Shown here: piece by piece, positions 51,853 through 61,930 of the stretch
How positions within the stretch are numbered: the first letter of the stretch is position 1
Layout: every line of letters begins with the position of its first letter
Assembly: GCA_034530615.2 (NCBI GenBank)
Contig: JAVRCV020000071.1
Span: 96,001 to 160,000, forward strand
Origin: Aulosira sp. ZfuVER01
Lineage (GTDB): Bacteria > Cyanobacteriota > Cyanobacteriia > Cyanobacteriales > Nostocaceae
DNA length: 64,000 nucleotides
Direction of reading: 5' to 3'
The notes under the pieces: model-generated
Told to the model about the DNA's origin: nothing
The model's database searches: none
Seen by the model: the letters and a program-made list of their open reading frames with translations, nothing else
Translations under genes and position numbers: made by a program

Positions 51853-53178
51853 ATGCTTGTAGACTATATGACTAGTAGACTCAATAAAAAAAGCATCCAA
51901 TGGCGCGTGTGGTTAGCTAACGCATCATTCAAACCTATGAAACTAATTTTGAAATTAATTTTTCCTTTTCAAAGTTGGCGACTTAGACACGCGGCAACTT
52001 TTACTCAGACATTGCGCAAGCGATTTTTCCCGATACTAGTCTTGATATCGTGTATTACGGTATTACTGGTAGATAATCTTACCCCTGCGATCGCTCAGAC
52101 TCCGCAGCTACCTCGTGAAGAAATTCGCGGGGTTTGGATGACTAACAACGATATTGACATCCTCAAGGAAAGATCCAAAGTACAGGAGGCCGTTACTCAA
52201 CTGCGACGGCTCAACTTTAACACTATCTATCCTGTAATCTGGAATTCTGGTTATGTAATGTATCCCAGCGCCGTGGCCAAGCGTACAGGTATCCAACCCT
52301 TTGTTTTGCGAGGCTCAGACGGACATGATATTCTTGCAGACTTAATCAACCAATCCCATCGTCAAGGGCTGCTTGTCATACCTTGGTTTGAGTTTGGCTT
52401 CATGGCTCCGCCATCATCAGAATTGGTAATGGAGCATCCAAATTGGTTTACGAAAAAGCGGGATGGTAGTCAAACTTCGATTAGTGCTGCTGGTGAGGTA
52501 ATGTGGCTCAATCCTTTCCATCCAGAAGTGCAGCAGTTTATCACTAGTCTCGTGCTAGAAAACATCACCCAATACGATGTTGATGGCATTCAGTTTGACG
52601 ATCACATGAGTTTGCCAGTTGAATTTGGCTACGATCCATACACAGTTGCTTTGTACACTCAAGAAACCAAGAAGAAACCTCCAGCTAATCCTCAAGATCA
52701 AGCATGGATGCGCTGGCGGGCAGACAAAATCACAGCGTTTATGGTAAAACTCAACCAAGCTGTGAAAGCTCAAAAACCTCGGGCAGTTTTCTCCGTTTCT
52801 CCCAATTACTACGACTTTGCTTACAAGTTTCAACTACAAGATTGGCTCAACTGGATACGGCTGGATATTGTGGATGAGCTAATTGTGCAAATTTATCGTC
52901 CTAATCTTCAAGGTTTTATTAGCAATCTTTCCCGTCCAGAAATTATAGAATCGCAGAAATCGATTCCCACTGGTGTGGGAATTATGGCAGGGTTGCGAAC
53001 TAATCCCGTACCAATACAACAAATTCAAGCTCAAGTACGGGCTGCTCAAGAAAAGGGTTTAGGCGTAACTTTCTTTTACTATGAAAGCCTTTGGGAATCT
53101 GCCCCAGAATCAGTTGCAGAAAGACAAGCTGGATTTCAATCCCTTTTCCGCTCTCCTGCGCTCCGCGCCAGAATTTAA
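51853..53178 (+). CDS. Glycoside hydrolase-like family 10 (DUF187/GHL10) protein
   Basis: EIRGVW, NFNTIYP, IPWFEFG, WLNPFHPEVQ and DGIQFDDH. The true start is probably downstream of 51853. Confidence 0.88.
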   Translation: MLVDYMTSRLNKKSIQWRVWLANASFKPMKLILKLIFPFQSWRLRHAATFTQTLRKRFFPILVLISCITVLLVDNLTPAIAQTPQLPREEIRGVWMTNNDIDILKERSKVQEAVTQLRRLNFNTIYPVIWNSGYVMYPSAVAKRTGIQPFVLRGSDGHDILADLINQSHRQGLLVIPWFEFGFMAPPSSELVMEHPNWFTKKRDGSQTSISAAGEVMWLNPFHPEVQQFITSLVLENITQYDVDGIQFDDHMSLPVEFGYDPYTVALYTQETKKKPPANPQDQAWMRWRADKITAFMVKLNQAVKAQKPRAVFSVSPNYYDFAYKFQLQDWLNWIRLDIVDELIVQIYRPNLQGFISNLSRPEIIESQKSIPTGVGIMAGLRTNPVPIQQIQAQVRAAQEKGLGVTFFYYESLWESAPESVAERQAGFQSLFRSPALRARI

Positions 53179-53191
53179 TCGTCACTGTCAA

Positions 53192-53216
53192 GTAGAGTGG
53201 GCAGTGCCCACCCTAC
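53192..53216. repeat. REP-like palindrome
   Basis: GTAGAGTGGGCAGTGCCCACCCTAC, the same family as 23100-23154, between convergent genes. Confidence 0.75.
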
Positions 53217-53250
53217 ATTGAAACGGATTGTTGGTGCAATCGGAGATTTT

Positions 53251-54249
53251 CTATGACATTAACTTTGCATCCCAGGTATACAATCCGACTTTTTCAGGAA
53301 CTCTAGAGAATCGCCCTGTGCGATAACCTCGTGATAACTCATTTAGCACCTTGCTTTTGATCTCTCGGATTTCATCAGCATCTAGTTCTCCATAAAGTCC
53401 AGCAATAACTTCCGCAACAGAGAAAATTTTTCCCGAATTTTGCTTTAACAGAGAGGTGATGGCATCAATCAAAAATTGACCCTCAAATACTTTGAGCATC
53501 GGTACTATTTTTGTCTTGGGAAGGATTACTGGTTTCTTTTTTTTCTGTTGGATATTTTTGACAGAACCATTGCTATTACTTGAAGAGAGCAACTTTAAAT
53601 CCAAGGTATAACAACCAGGTTCGTCAGGAATTCCAAACCAACTATTGCCTCTACCCTGTGTAAGTGAGGATTGGACTCTACCTTTAACGACTTTGAAGAT
53701 ATGTGGCTCTAAATCACCATATAGCGATCGCACAATGAAATCTATATGGCATACAGTACCACTATGTTCTTGTAAGACTTTTTTGATAGCTTCTATCCGA
53801 TTGATACAGTGTTGATACTCAGGTAGCATAGGATAGTCTTGCCCCTTGATAGATTGCTCTTTAAGTTCAGGGGAAGAGTTGCTAGTTGAATTTGTACTTA
53901 CAGGTTGGTCATTGTTGAGATTTGTTGGCTCCACATTGCTAGAGTCTGAAGGTTCTAATTGAGTTGACTCTATCAAGTTGGAATCGTTGTCAGAAATGCT
54001 AGCTGGCGATAATCTCTTCTCTGTATTTAGAGTAGATGTTTCATCCGTCACATCAAGTGTGGCAATCTGATTGTTAGGATCTGATGTTGACCAGTTAGAC
54101 AACAAAGCTTCTACATGATTGAGATGCGATCGCGCCTGTGTATATAAGCGTTCATACTCTTCTACAATGCGAGCATAGTAGTCTCTTAATTCCAAAAGTG
54201 GAGAGAGGAAAGCGTCAGGTGGAGGTTCTAATTGTCCCTTTACAGTCAT
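53251..54249 (-). CDS. Hypothetical protein: coiled coil, S/N-rich linker, two homologous ~80-aa domains
   Basis: PML...AI..L....G......LYG.L...V...L..G......P...G.YT.D occurs twice. Confidence 0.8.
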   Translation of the reverse strand: MTVKGQLEPPPDAFLSPLLELRDYYARIVEEYERLYTQARSHLNHVEALLSNWSTSDPNNQIATLDVTDETSTLNTEKRLSPASISDNDSNLIESTQLEPSDSSNVEPTNLNNDQPVSTNSTSNSSPELKEQSIKGQDYPMLPEYQHCINRIEAIKKVLQEHSGTVCHIDFIVRSLYGDLEPHIFKVVKGRVQSSLTQGRGNSWFGIPDEPGCYTLDLKLLSSSNSNGSVKNIQQKKKKPVILPKTKIVPMLKVFEGQFLIDAITSLLKQNSGKIFSVAEVIAGLYGELDADEIREIKSKVLNELSRGYRTGRFSRVPEKVGLYTWDAKLMS

Positions 54250-54259
54250 AAGGTGTTAA

Positions 54260-54505
54260 TCAATCTAAATCAGATTTACTTTTGTATGTCATTGGTCTAG
54301 GCTTGGCTTTAGCCGCTGGTTGCTGCGGTTTTTTTGGCGCTTGGGGAGGGCGACATTGCTCACAATATAATGGTCGAGGCCCAAAAGTCTCGCGTTTTGT
54401 ACTCTCATTGCACTGCTTGCAGATAAAGTGAAAAACTCGAGTGTGAATTTCTCTTTTGTGTGCCCTGACTGTATACTCTCTAACGTCTATTAACTTACTA
54501 GCCAT
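54260..54505 (-). CDS. Small Zn-ribbon protein
   Basis: CKQC...CEQC with a basic tail, 10 bp upstream of the 332-aa gene. Confidence 0.8.
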   Translation of the reverse strand: MASKLIDVREYTVRAHKREIHTRVFHFICKQCNESTKRETFGPRPLYCEQCRPPQAPKKPQQPAAKAKPRPMTYKSKSDLD

Positions 54506-54650
54506 AATAACGAGTTGTGAATTTCTGTCCTATCAATATAGCTATTCAAGCAAATGAAATAGCATCAGTGTGTATCAACTTGCCAATTTTGGGCAAATTT
54601 CCTACTTGAGCTATAGACTCTGTTGTAAATCAGAATTATTTACCATCTCC

Positions 54651-54807
54651 AGAGGCTGTCTCAAAAGTCTTTACTGATACACCAAGTTATTAGAGATTCC
54701 TCTAAATCGTCCTCTAAAAAGGGAGATTTTAAGGCTGTACTTCCTCCCTTTCAAAGTTGGCTGGGGAGTAAGAACAAAATATCTAATTATTTCAAGATAC
54801 ATCCTCT
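54651..54807. mobile_element. Degenerate MITE-like element (AGAGG-ended)
   Basis: AGAGGCTGTCTCAAAAG ... TTCAAGATACATCCTCT imperfect TIRs with internal CCTCTAAA...AAAGGGAG hairpin remnants. Confidence 0.45.
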
Positions 54808-55380
54808 TTGAAGAATTTGGTTCTAAAGTGATTCATACTCTAGTGAGCTTTATTGGAGCAAGAGTTATGTTTCATAGCAACCTCTAATGACCTTAGTTAA
54901 ATGAGCAGCCTACTATGAATTACAAGCTATACACAACAAATGTTTTAGCTTAGTTTACAAAAAGTCTACTTTCTCGCCCATCCTTTGGGTTAAGTTTGTC
55001 AGTTTAAGGCAAGACGAGAACATAAATACTCTATGCTTGCTGTACTAAGCTAGCCTCATTTTGGACAATTTAAATTTGGTGTCATAGAATTCTGACTCAC
55101 CGAAACAGGGCTGAGTAGCGAGTAATTGACCTATTTTCTTTCTCAGCACTCAGTACTCACAACTGGGAACTCTTGAACTTGATGCGCTCCAGCTATGACT
55201 TGCGATAGATGTAAGCATAGTTATAGCATCTGCTTTAGTCTAAAATCTGGGAAAAAATTAATATTACAATTGCCTGATGCCTGCGATCGCACAGCTAGAG
55301 GTGGCACCATCATTAGGCAATATTGCTCACATCAGTCTTGTTATTATGGCAATAAGCCGCTACAACAAGGAGTTTAAGCC

Positions 55381-56019
55381 ATGTTTGCCCTCGTCTCCTT
55401 AGAAAAAATTCAATTACCATCTGGATCTGTAGTGCGGTTGCCTGCAACCTGGCAAGAGTATCAAATCCTCTGCCAACAACGAGGAGATGGCTCAATCCCG
55501 CGCATCAAATACCGGGATGGAGAAGTATTGCTGATGTCACCTTTGCCTATTCATGGTCAAGATGCCAACCTGCTTGCTGACATTGTTAAAACCTTGCTGG
55601 ATAGCGATGAACGGGAATACGATGCGTTTACACCTGTGACGATGGAACTGCCCGAAGAAAGCGGCATTGAGCCTGATTATTGTTTCTACATCGACAATTG
55701 GCAAGCGGTTTCCGGCAAACAGCGGATCGACTGGCAACAAGATCCATCGCCGGATCTCGTCATCGAAATTGACGTGACCAGTTATTCTGATGTCCAAGAT
55801 TATCTTCCCTACCGCGTTCCTGAAGTTTGGTTATTCAAAAAGCAGCGCTTATTGGTTTATCAATTGCAAGGAGACGAATACCAACTGCAAACCAAAAGCC
55901 GCTATTTTCCAGAGTTTGATTTGCAAAGTGCGATCGCTCGCTGTGTCCAAATTGCCTATGAACGTAATACCAGCGCAGCTATCCGTCATCTTAGACAGCA
56001 GCTAAAGGACATTTCTTAA
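55381..56019 (+). CDS. Uma2-family (DUF820) endonuclease-like protein
   Basis: EPDYCFY, PDLVIEID and VPEVW. Confidence 0.9.
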   Translation: MFALVSLEKIQLPSGSVVRLPATWQEYQILCQQRGDGSIPRIKYRDGEVLLMSPLPIHGQDANLLADIVKTLLDSDEREYDAFTPVTMELPEESGIEPDYCFYIDNWQAVSGKQRIDWQQDPSPDLVIEIDVTSYSDVQDYLPYRVPEVWLFKKQRLLVYQLQGDEYQLQTKSRYFPEFDLQSAIARCVQIAYERNTSAAIRHLRQQLKDIS

Positions 56020-56041
56020 TTAGCTTTTAAGATTTTCCTAG

Positions 56042-56941
56042 TTAATAAGTACATTTAGCCAAAGTATAAAAGTCAAATTTCTTCAGCATTTCTAAAAAAG
56101 TGAATACAGCCGGAATATGGAGTCCATTAGATAAGACAGCAACTCCCATCACTCTTTCTAACGGTATTGGTAAACTATATACCTGGACATTTTGTGGAAT
56201 CGGCACAGCTGCTAGGCGAGGAATAATCGCGGCTCTCAACCCCTGATTGACTAAGCTGACAATAGTAGAGTCTTCTTGAATATCACTATTAGTATTCATA
56301 AAATTTGCTACATTTTTCAGGTGGTTGTGTAGAGAGCGTCCACAGGGTAAGCAAGACAGCAAAACTGGGGAATATACAGCAATATCTTCCCAAGTAATTG
56401 TCGGATTGCTGACTTTAGCTTTTGGTGGTAGCAAAGCTACATATTCATCCCTGATAATTTCCCATACCTCAAACTCATCACTGGTAGGTAGATAAGTAAT
56501 GCCAATATCGGCACGCCCTTCGCGCAAACATTGTTCTACCTCAAGGTAAGAAAGGCACTCTATGATAGTTACAGCTACTTCTGGGAATTGATCGTGAAAC
56601 TGCGCGATCGCTTTTGGTAGCAAATGGGTCGCAACACTGCGAAAAGCTGCAATTCGTACATGACCACCATGTAAACCTTTATGCAGATTTGCTTCCCGTT
56701 GCATCATCTCTAGATGTTGCAATGACTGACGGGCATGATATAAGATGCGCTCTCCAGCAGGTGTAAGGACAGCACCATGACGACCTCGAGCAAATAAAGG
56801 TACACCCAATTCTTCTTCTAAGGTGGCGATCGCATGACTAATTGCTGGTTGCGAAAGTTGCAATTCTAAAGCTGCCTCACTGAAGTTACCACAATCTGCT
56901 ACTGCAACTACAGCTCGAAGTTGGGAGAGTTTCATGGTCAA
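56042..56941 (-). CDS. LysR-family transcriptional regulator
   Basis: NFSEAALELQLSQPAISHAIATLEEELG HTH and LTPAGE. Confidence 0.93.
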   Translation of the reverse strand: MTMKLSQLRAVVAVADCGNFSEAALELQLSQPAISHAIATLEEELGVPLFARGRHGAVLTPAGERILYHARQSLQHLEMMQREANLHKGLHGGHVRIAAFRSVATHLLPKAIAQFHDQFPEVAVTIIECLSYLEVEQCLREGRADIGITYLPTSDEFEVWEIIRDEYVALLPPKAKVSNPTITWEDIAVYSPVLLSCLPCGRSLHNHLKNVANFMNTNSDIQEDSTIVSLVNQGLRAAIIPRLAAVPIPQNVQVYSLPIPLERVMGVAVLSNGLHIPAVFTFLEMLKKFDFYTLAKCTY

Positions 56942-57007
56942 TTGCTGAGATAGGGTGAGAAAAATCCTGATTTAATTGTCTCAAAAAGATTGTATTCGTG
57001 TTTTTTA

Positions 57008-57032
57008 TATCTATAAATGCCATTTATAGATA
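57008..57032. promoter_or_regulatory. Putative LysR binding site
   Basis: Perfect 12-1-12 palindrome TATCTATAAATG-C-CATTTATAGATA containing T-N11-A, in the divergent promoter region. Confidence 0.7.
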
Positions 57033-57111
57033 CCATACAAGCCATGTTTTGATTGTTAGCTCAAGGGTTGTTACAGTTCTTATGTAATAAGCATCTATCG
57101 GGGATAATCCT

Positions 57112-57384
57112 ATGAGAAATGAAATTAGATGTCTGCAACCCGAAGAGATAGAAATAACTTCTAGAACCAGAAATATCTTCACTTCTGTCTGCCAAGCCTT
57201 GCATGGTTTTTGGAAAAATGCAATTCAAACACTACTAGCCTCTGACGAATTAGAAGTTATACAAAAAGTTGACCGCCACGGTAATATCTATTGGCAAGCT
57301 TACGACCCTGTAACAGGAAAATCCTTCTCTTCCGGTTCGGAAGTCGATGTATCTATGTGGATTGAACAGCTTTACAGACATTAA
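57112..57384 (+). CDS. Small hypothetical protein (90 aa)
   Basis: WQAYDPVTG...SE.DV..WIEQ motif; first gene of a unit with GST. Confidence 0.75.
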   Translation: MRNEIRCLQPEEIEITSRTRNIFTSVCQALHGFWKNAIQTLLASDELEVIQKVDRHGNIYWQAYDPVTGKSFSSGSEVDVSMWIEQLYRH

Positions 57385-57392
57385 AAATCAAC

Positions 57393-58061
57393 ATGACGCA
57401 ACTTACCTTAGTAATTGGTAATAAAAATTATTCATCTTGGTCATTACGTCCTTGGATAACTTTGAAGCATTTCGGAATGCAATTTGATGAAATTCGCATT
57501 CCTCTCTACACCCCAGAAACTGAATCCAAACTTCAGCAATATTCGCCTTCAGGAAAAGTGCCAGTTCTATTACACAATAATCAAAGTATCTGGGACTCTC
57601 TAGCTATTTGCGAATACTTAGCTGAAGAATTTCCTCATCTGCATTTCTGGCCAGAAGATAAAACTGCAAGGGCATTAGCTCGTTCTATTAGTGCAGAAAT
57701 GCACTCAGGATTTCTTAATCTTCGGCAGAATATGCCGATGAATTGTCGTGCTAAATTACCAGGTAAAGGTCTAACAGTAGAGGTGCAAAAAGATATTGAC
57801 CGTATTAAAACTATTTGGCAAGAATGCCGTCAAAAATTTGCAGCAGATGGTGATATGTTATTTGGCAAGTTCACAATTGCCGATGCGATGTTTGCTCCTG
57901 TAGTCTTAAGGTTTGCCACTTACGAGGTGCGATTAGATAATTTTTCTCAAAAATATGTGGAGGAAATTTTAGAACTTCCGGCAATGCAAGAGTGGATACA
58001 AGCAGCTAAAAAAGAGACAGAAGTTCTTCCTCAATACGAGTTGTATAGCAATTCATTTTAA
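57393..58061 (+). CDS. Glutathione S-transferase
   Basis: GNKNYSSWSLRPW, SPSGKVP, WDSLAI.EYL, AEMHSGF and ADAMFAP. Confidence 0.93.
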   Translation: MTQLTLVIGNKNYSSWSLRPWITLKHFGMQFDEIRIPLYTPETESKLQQYSPSGKVPVLLHNNQSIWDSLAICEYLAEEFPHLHFWPEDKTARALARSISAEMHSGFLNLRQNMPMNCRAKLPGKGLTVEVQKDIDRIKTIWQECRQKFAADGDMLFGKFTIADAMFAPVVLRFATYEVRLDNFSQKYVEEILELPAMQEWIQAAKKETEVLPQYELYSNSF

Positions 58062-59995
58062 TCTTTGAGTAATCGCAAACCACTCAAGGTCACAATAACT
58101 GTCGAACCTTCATGTCCTAAAACACCAAATGGTAGCGTCATATTGCCCGCGAAATTGAAAATCAACAAAATCACTACGAAACTGAGGGCAAACACAATAT
58201 TTTGCTTGACAATGCCTTGAGCGCGGCGACCCAGACGAATTGCGTGTTCTAATCGCTCCAAGCGATCAGCCATTAACACAATATCTGCGGTTTCTAGCGC
58301 CACATCGCTGCCTGCGGTTCCCATTGCAATTCCTACTGATGCCTGAGCTAAGGCGGGTGCGTCATTGATACCATCCCCAACCATTGCTACTGTCTGGTAT
58401 TGCTTCTGTAATTGTCGAATTGCATCCACTTTGTCTTCTGGTAAGAGTTCTGCGTGAACTTGGTCTACCCCAAGCTGTTGAGCAATACTATGAGCAGTGC
58501 GTGAATTATCCCCACTTAGCATGACAATTCGCTCAATTCCCAGTCGTTTTAATCGAGCGATCGCTGTCGCTGCTGTTGGTCGTATTGTATCGGCAACGGC
58601 AATGATGCCAAGGACTTTTCCTGCGTAGGCAACCCATACCACCGTTTTCCCTTCTGCTTCCCACTGCTGGCTTTGCTCAATCAGCGCTTTTGAAATATGC
58701 TCCACTTTTGCCTGGACAAAACTAGCTTTTCCCACAACCGCTACCTGACAATTCACTTCTCCAGTAATTCCCAGTCCTGCTTGCGCCTGACCGTTGACAG
58801 CTTTTATCTGTAGGAGATTCTGTTGACGAGCAGCCTGAACAATCGCCTCCCCAATTGGGTGTTCGGACAAACTTTCTAATGCCGCCGCCACTTGCAGCAG
58901 TTGCTCGGTAGATTGCTGGGTTGCCAAGACATTAACAACTTCAACTTTACCAGTCGTCAGCGTTCCAGTTTTATCAAAAGCGATCGCCCTGACTTGCCCA
59001 ATCTGTTCTAACTGTGCTCCATTCTTGAACAAAATTCCATGCCGCGCACCATTAGCAATTCCCGATAGCAAAGTTGGCATAATCGATGCCATTAATGCAC
59101 AAGGCGATGCAACCACCAGAAAAATCAAGGCTCGATAAATAGTGTCTTCCCAGTTCCAGCCAACCACAAACGGAGGCAAAGTGCCTAGTAAGATCCCTGC
59201 AATTACAATCACCTTGGCATAGCCGCGCTCAAATCGTTCCATAAATTGCTGAGAGGGAGGTGCTTCGGTTTGGGCTTGTTGGATGAGACGAATGACTCGC
59301 CCAATTAAACTACTTTCTGGGGGCTGGTCAATTTTCAGCCGCAGTGCCCCATTGCCATTAATCGTCCCTGCAAAGACTTCATCACCAATTGTTTTCTCAA
59401 CCGGAATCGATTCTCCATTAATCGAAGCCTGGTTCAGGGTACTAAACCCTTCGATTACCACACCATCGGTAGGCACCAATTCTCCTGGTTTGACCAACAC
59501 GCGATCGCCAATTTTGAGTTCAGAAATTGGTACGGTTCGTTCTTGCCCGTTCTGTATCACTCTTGCGGTATCGGCGGTTAAACTCATCAACCCCTGAATA
59601 CTCCGTTCCGTTCGCTGCATGGCATATCCTTCCAGCGCACCACTAATCGCAAAAATCAGGATTAAAACGGCACCATCCACAATCATGTAATATTCTCGTC
59701 GCCATAGTCCCAGAATTGCAGCCCCTAGAGCAGCCACAATCATCAGCAAGTCTACATCCAGTTCTTTTTCTGCAAACAGAGTTGTGAAACCTTCACGGGC
59801 GCTCTCAAACCCGCCAACTACATAAGCAGCCATGAGGATGAATAAGGCGATTCCCAGCCATCCGAGATTGAGCATTTGCCAGCCCAGGAAAACCAAAACC
59901 GCACAAGCGATCGCCGCGACTGCATCGGGGTGTTCCTTCAGGAGGTTGGGAAAGCTTTGGTGGGAAGGAGAAATAAAAACCATGTCTTCAAGCAT
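58058..59995 (-). CDS. coaT: P1B-4 heavy-metal ATPase, cobalt exporter CoaT/CorT-like
   Basis: SPC motif, DKTGT, SEHP, GDGINDAP and HEGST. No N-terminal metal-binding domain; divergent from coaR. Confidence 0.88.
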   Translation of the reverse strand: MLEDMVFISPSHQSFPNLLKEHPDAVAAIACAVLVFLGWQMLNLGWLGIALFILMAAYVVGGFESAREGFTTLFAEKELDVDLLMIVAALGAAILGLWRREYYMIVDGAVLILIFAISGALEGYAMQRTERSIQGLMSLTADTARVIQNGQERTVPISELKIGDRVLVKPGELVPTDGVVIEGFSTLNQASINGESIPVEKTIGDEVFAGTINGNGALRLKIDQPPESSLIGRVIRLIQQAQTEAPPSQQFMERFERGYAKVIVIAGILLGTLPPFVVGWNWEDTIYRALIFLVVASPCALMASIMPTLLSGIANGARHGILFKNGAQLEQIGQVRAIAFDKTGTLTTGKVEVVNVLATQQSTEQLLQVAAALESLSEHPIGEAIVQAARQQNLLQIKAVNGQAQAGLGITGEVNCQVAVVGKASFVQAKVEHISKALIEQSQQWEAEGKTVVWVAYAGKVLGIIAVADTIRPTAATAIARLKRLGIERIVMLSGDNSRTAHSIAQQLGVDQVHAELLPEDKVDAIRQLQKQYQTVAMVGDGINDAPALAQASVGIAMGTAGSDVALETADIVLMADRLERLEHAIRLGRRAQGIVKQNIVFALSFVVILLIFNFAGNMTLPFGVLGHEGSTVIVTLSGLRLLKD

Positions 59996-60012
59996 CGAAT
60001 CGATATCCTTCC

Positions 60013-60049
60013 AGCTTAAACATTGACATTAGTGTCAATGTCAATGTTT
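60013..60049 (-). promoter_or_regulatory. CoaR operator and MerR-type coaT promoter
   Basis: Perfect 13-6-13 inverted repeat AAACATTGACATT-AGTGTC-AATGTCAATGTTT (60018-60049). On the minus strand TTGACA (60044-60039) is followed by 20 bp and then TAAGCT (60018-60013). Confidence 0.88.
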
Positions 60050-60065
60050 TGAGTAAGCTGAAGAT

Positions 60066-61184
60066 ATGAAAACTAAACACTTGACGATTAAAGAACTTAC
60101 CCAAGCAGTTGGCGGCGGTGTAACCCCACGGATGGTGCGGCACTATCACACCTTGGGGTTACTACCACCTGTAAAACGCTCAGAAGGCAACTATCGCCTT
60201 TACACTCAGCAGGATGTGCAACGATTGCAGCGCTTAGTAGCCCTGAAACAACAAGGTTTTCAGTTGTCGCATATTCACCAGCTATTAGAGAGTCATTCAG
60301 AGGAAACGATTGATCCGACTCCGACATTGATGGCTCAATTGCAGCAGCAGTATCATTCCGTGATTCAACAAATTACTCGGTTGCGCCAAACTGCATCTGC
60401 ATTGGAGGCATTACTAGGACGCGATCGCGATTGTCAGATTACGCAAGCCGAAGCACTGGCACAACTCAAGCAATTGGAAGTTGATGCTCAGGAGGGTTTG
60501 GGTAAGTTAGATCAACTTTGGCTGAACCTAGATGCGGAGACAACAACTCACCCCGAAGTTTTTCAGGAATCGTTACAGCGTCTACTTCCTGATTTGTCTG
60601 GTTATTCTGAAATCACAGTACATCTGTTGCATCAACTCGTGTTGGCGTGCGGAGATGTGAGCTTAGTCAATTTTGTTCGATTGAGTCCAGATGCGATCGC
60701 TGCTGCACGGGATGCGCTCAACGTTGGGTGTTCGGTAGTAACAGATTTGACAGCCGTAGCCGCCACCCTCGATCAAACTCGGTTAGCCCATTTAGGATGC
60801 CGCATCGAAGCACTGATTGACGATCCTCACATTACAGGCGCAAGCGAGGCAGAACAGGCCTTTTGGGATCGTGACCTTTGGCAGAAACAATTGCAACAAA
60901 TTCCCCAAGGCTGTGTACTTATAATTGGATATGCCCCTTCAGTACTCCTCACTGCCTGTAAGTTGATTGAGCAACAGCAAATTCAACCCGCCCTTGTAAT
61001 TGGAATGCCAATCGGATTTAGCCATGCCCCAGCAGCAAAGCGACGACTGATGGCAACACAAATTCCTTACATCACAATTCAAGGTAGTCTCGGCGGTGGG
61101 CTTCTAGCCGCGATGACGTTAAACGCACTGGTTGAAACATTTATTGAAAAGCCAGATTGTCACTGCTATCTATCTCGCCCTTAG
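60066..61184 (+). CDS. coaR: Cobalt-responsive regulator CoaR/CorR (MerR HTH fused to a precorrin isomerase-like domain)
   Basis: MerR HTH (VTPRMVRHYH..GLL...RSEGNYRLY), a CobH-like domain (IGYAPS, IGMPIGF) and a C-terminal CHC motif. Confidence 0.92.
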   Translation: MKTKHLTIKELTQAVGGGVTPRMVRHYHTLGLLPPVKRSEGNYRLYTQQDVQRLQRLVALKQQGFQLSHIHQLLESHSEETIDPTPTLMAQLQQQYHSVIQQITRLRQTASALEALLGRDRDCQITQAEALAQLKQLEVDAQEGLGKLDQLWLNLDAETTTHPEVFQESLQRLLPDLSGYSEITVHLLHQLVLACGDVSLVNFVRLSPDAIAAARDALNVGCSVVTDLTAVAATLDQTRLAHLGCRIEALIDDPHITGASEAEQAFWDRDLWQKQLQQIPQGCVLIIGYAPSVLLTACKLIEQQQIQPALVIGMPIGFSHAPAAKRRLMATQIPYITIQGSLGGGLLAAMTLNALVETFIEKPDCHCYLSRP

Positions 61185-61251
61185 CACCAAACCATCAAAC
61201 TGTAAATATTTTTGTCCAACTACTTAGTGACTAAATCTCCCAGCTTGTTCT

Positions 61252-61812
61252 TCAATTCCCCGATAAGTTACTCAATGGAGTTGCTAAACCATCAATACTC
61301 ACAAGATTTTTTTGCTGTTGATATTCTCTAACTCCCTCTTCGCCTTTTTTAGTTGCCCAATTTACTAAAGTTTGACGCTGTCCTTGATATTCATAGAGTG
61401 GTACACCAAAGCCACAAGAAGTTTGTACCCGCTCAATATCAGCTATGATAATTTGACGAGATCCAGGCAGGGAAGGAAACAGAGACTCAACAGAGTGCCA
61501 ATCTGGAGTACCTGGTAAAATGGTGTATCCTCTACCATAAAGGCGCAAAATCCGTGCAGGTTCTTGAAAAGCACAAAACAGAAAGGTAATGCGTCCATTT
61601 TCTTGCAGATGGGCTGAGGTTTCGTTACCACTACCTGTTAAATCTAAGTAACCTACTCGGTTGGGAGAAAGAATGCGAAAAGTTCCCATTCCTTTAGGAG
61701 ACAGATTAACGTGACCTGTAGGACTTAAAGGCGCACTACCTACAAAAAAAAGGTGTTGAGCAGCAATAAATTCTTGTAGTTCTTCTGTGATACAGTCAAA
61801 AAGTTTAGCCAT
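61252..61812 (-). CDS. Pyridoxamine 5'-phosphate oxidase-family FMN-binding protein
   Basis: VNLSPKG, DLTGSGNET and QTSCGFGVP. Confidence 0.88.
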   Translation of the reverse strand: MAKLFDCITEELQEFIAAQHLFFVGSAPLSPTGHVNLSPKGMGTFRILSPNRVGYLDLTGSGNETSAHLQENGRITFLFCAFQEPARILRLYGRGYTILPGTPDWHSVESLFPSLPGSRQIIIADIERVQTSCGFGVPLYEYQGQRQTLVNWATKKGEEGVREYQQQKNLVSIDGLATPLSNLSGN

Positions 61813-61930
61813 AAACTGTTTGATATCAAGTAAGTTTATAAATTTTCTATGTCCTTAGCCTATTTCTTAGCTAGAGATTAAGCAAGGGTTAACTATCAAA
61901 TTCATCCCGATCGGTTCGTAGTGAGTTACG

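Noticed and set aside
55381..56019. Uma2 gene as part of a defence system
   Set aside because: It is solitary with no methylase or partner gene, and this family is highly expanded in cyanobacteria.
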